NCBI GenBank assembly: GCA_037447605.1 | Contig: CM074804.1 | Coordinates: forward strand, 5,433,909-5,497,908 | Source: Zygnema circumcarinatum SAG 698-1b | Lineage: Eukaryota; Plantae; Zygnematophyceae | Reading direction: 5' to 3' | DNA length: 64,000 nt | Part shown: positions 62,986-64,000 of the stretch, one piece after another | How the letters are laid out: each line of letters begins with the position of its first letter | How positions within the stretch are numbered: position 1 is the stretch's first letter | The notes under the pieces: model-generated | What the model was told of the DNA's origin: nothing | Database searches by the model: none | What the model saw: only the letters and a program-made list of their open reading frames with translations | Position numbers and translations under genes: made by a program

Positions 62986-64000
62986 GCAGTAGCGCTTTAT
63001 AGGTCAGTTGAGTTTTCTTATCTGTCAGGTATCTGTAGGAGCCTGTTGTCGGTATAAGCAGTCTTCTTCTGAACCTTTTCCGCGGCTCCTTCAAAAGAAG
63101 CGGAACGTTTGACACAGCCAAAGTTGCAGGTCCCAGTGCCAATGTCGGGGAATACTCGCCATCTTAGTCAAGCTCTGTAACACCAAGTGATACTCTGTTG
63201 CCGCTCCCTTCCGCCAATGAGTAGTCCCCTTTTGACTGTCAGCCAGAAATTTAGATGCAAGGGTATGTGTACCTAGCCGCCCTTCCCATCCTCATTCCGG
63301 ACTAGTGACTTTTACATTGGTTTCCTCCAACTTTTGGAACTCCTGTACATTCCTAACCAGTTCTGAACCGCTGAACTCCTACTTGTGGGATCACTCATTG
63401 TCATCTTCGCTTTTGATGAACTTCCACGGTGATGTTTCCTGCCTCGTGAACTCCCTTGGCTGATCACCAGAGAGTGAGAGAGCGAATTGTCTCTTTGAAT
63501 TGCTGAGCCTGCAGCTTTGAGGCTGTCTGGCCACCTGCTTTATGGTTACATGCTACAAGGAACAGCAACAATTCGGCAGAACAAGGCGGTCAACCTCAGG
63601 CAGGAGCAGTGAAACGCCGCTCAGTGCTCTTACACGATGGTGTGTGTTGCCGGCAATCGTGATACTTTAATTATGTCCAGGGTTCATGTTAGTGACGTGT
63701 ACCCCTGCGGCGACATGTGTCACTGTTGTCAAACAAATTGCAGCGATCACTTTGGAGTCAACTCGCTTTGGCGCTTTGAATCACACTCGACTCCTGCGGA
63801 GCTCTACCTCCTGTGGTCAGTGATAGCGCCGGAGGCCCTGTCATCACGGTGTTACCCTTGTCCTCCACTGAACTGCCTCCATCAATGCCAAATCATCCAT
63901 CCATCCATTCGTTCTTTCTGAATTGCCTCTCCTTCCTCTGTTCCCAGCGTAGATAGCGCCCCCGGCCGGGCCCGAGGCCGCACTCCCTCCCCCCTTCAGA

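Overview
Eukaryotic, intron-rich green-plant-lineage scaffold with seven N gaps. Gene content and motifs suggest a streptophyte alga or early-diverging land plant (inference). 1-17.1 kb is a nest of LTR retroelements: two to three units of a non-coding, long-LTR family (A), a TRIM-like mini-element whose LTRs carry a tRNA-derived segment, and Gypsy and Copia pol fragments. 18-47 kb is genic: LSF2 glucan phosphatase, DRB2-like dsRNA-binding protein, an 18-exon cycloartenol synthase preceded by a ~850 bp (CCAT)n tract, a zinc-ribbon protein, two uncharacterised genes and an NAD-isocitrate dehydrogenase regulatory subunit. 47.9-57.5 kb is a 9.6 kb composite of TA-flanked pogo/Tc1-like non-autonomous DNA transposons carrying a full-length Gypsy element and a related solo LTR, sitting between divergent IDH1 and CUL3. 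58-63 kb is Cullin-3. Best novelty candidates: (1) tRNA-bearing, Cassandra-analogous TRIM LTRs; (2) a DNA-transposon family whose two members both carry the same Gypsy LTR family. All alignments and exon calls were made by eye; no database searches were run.
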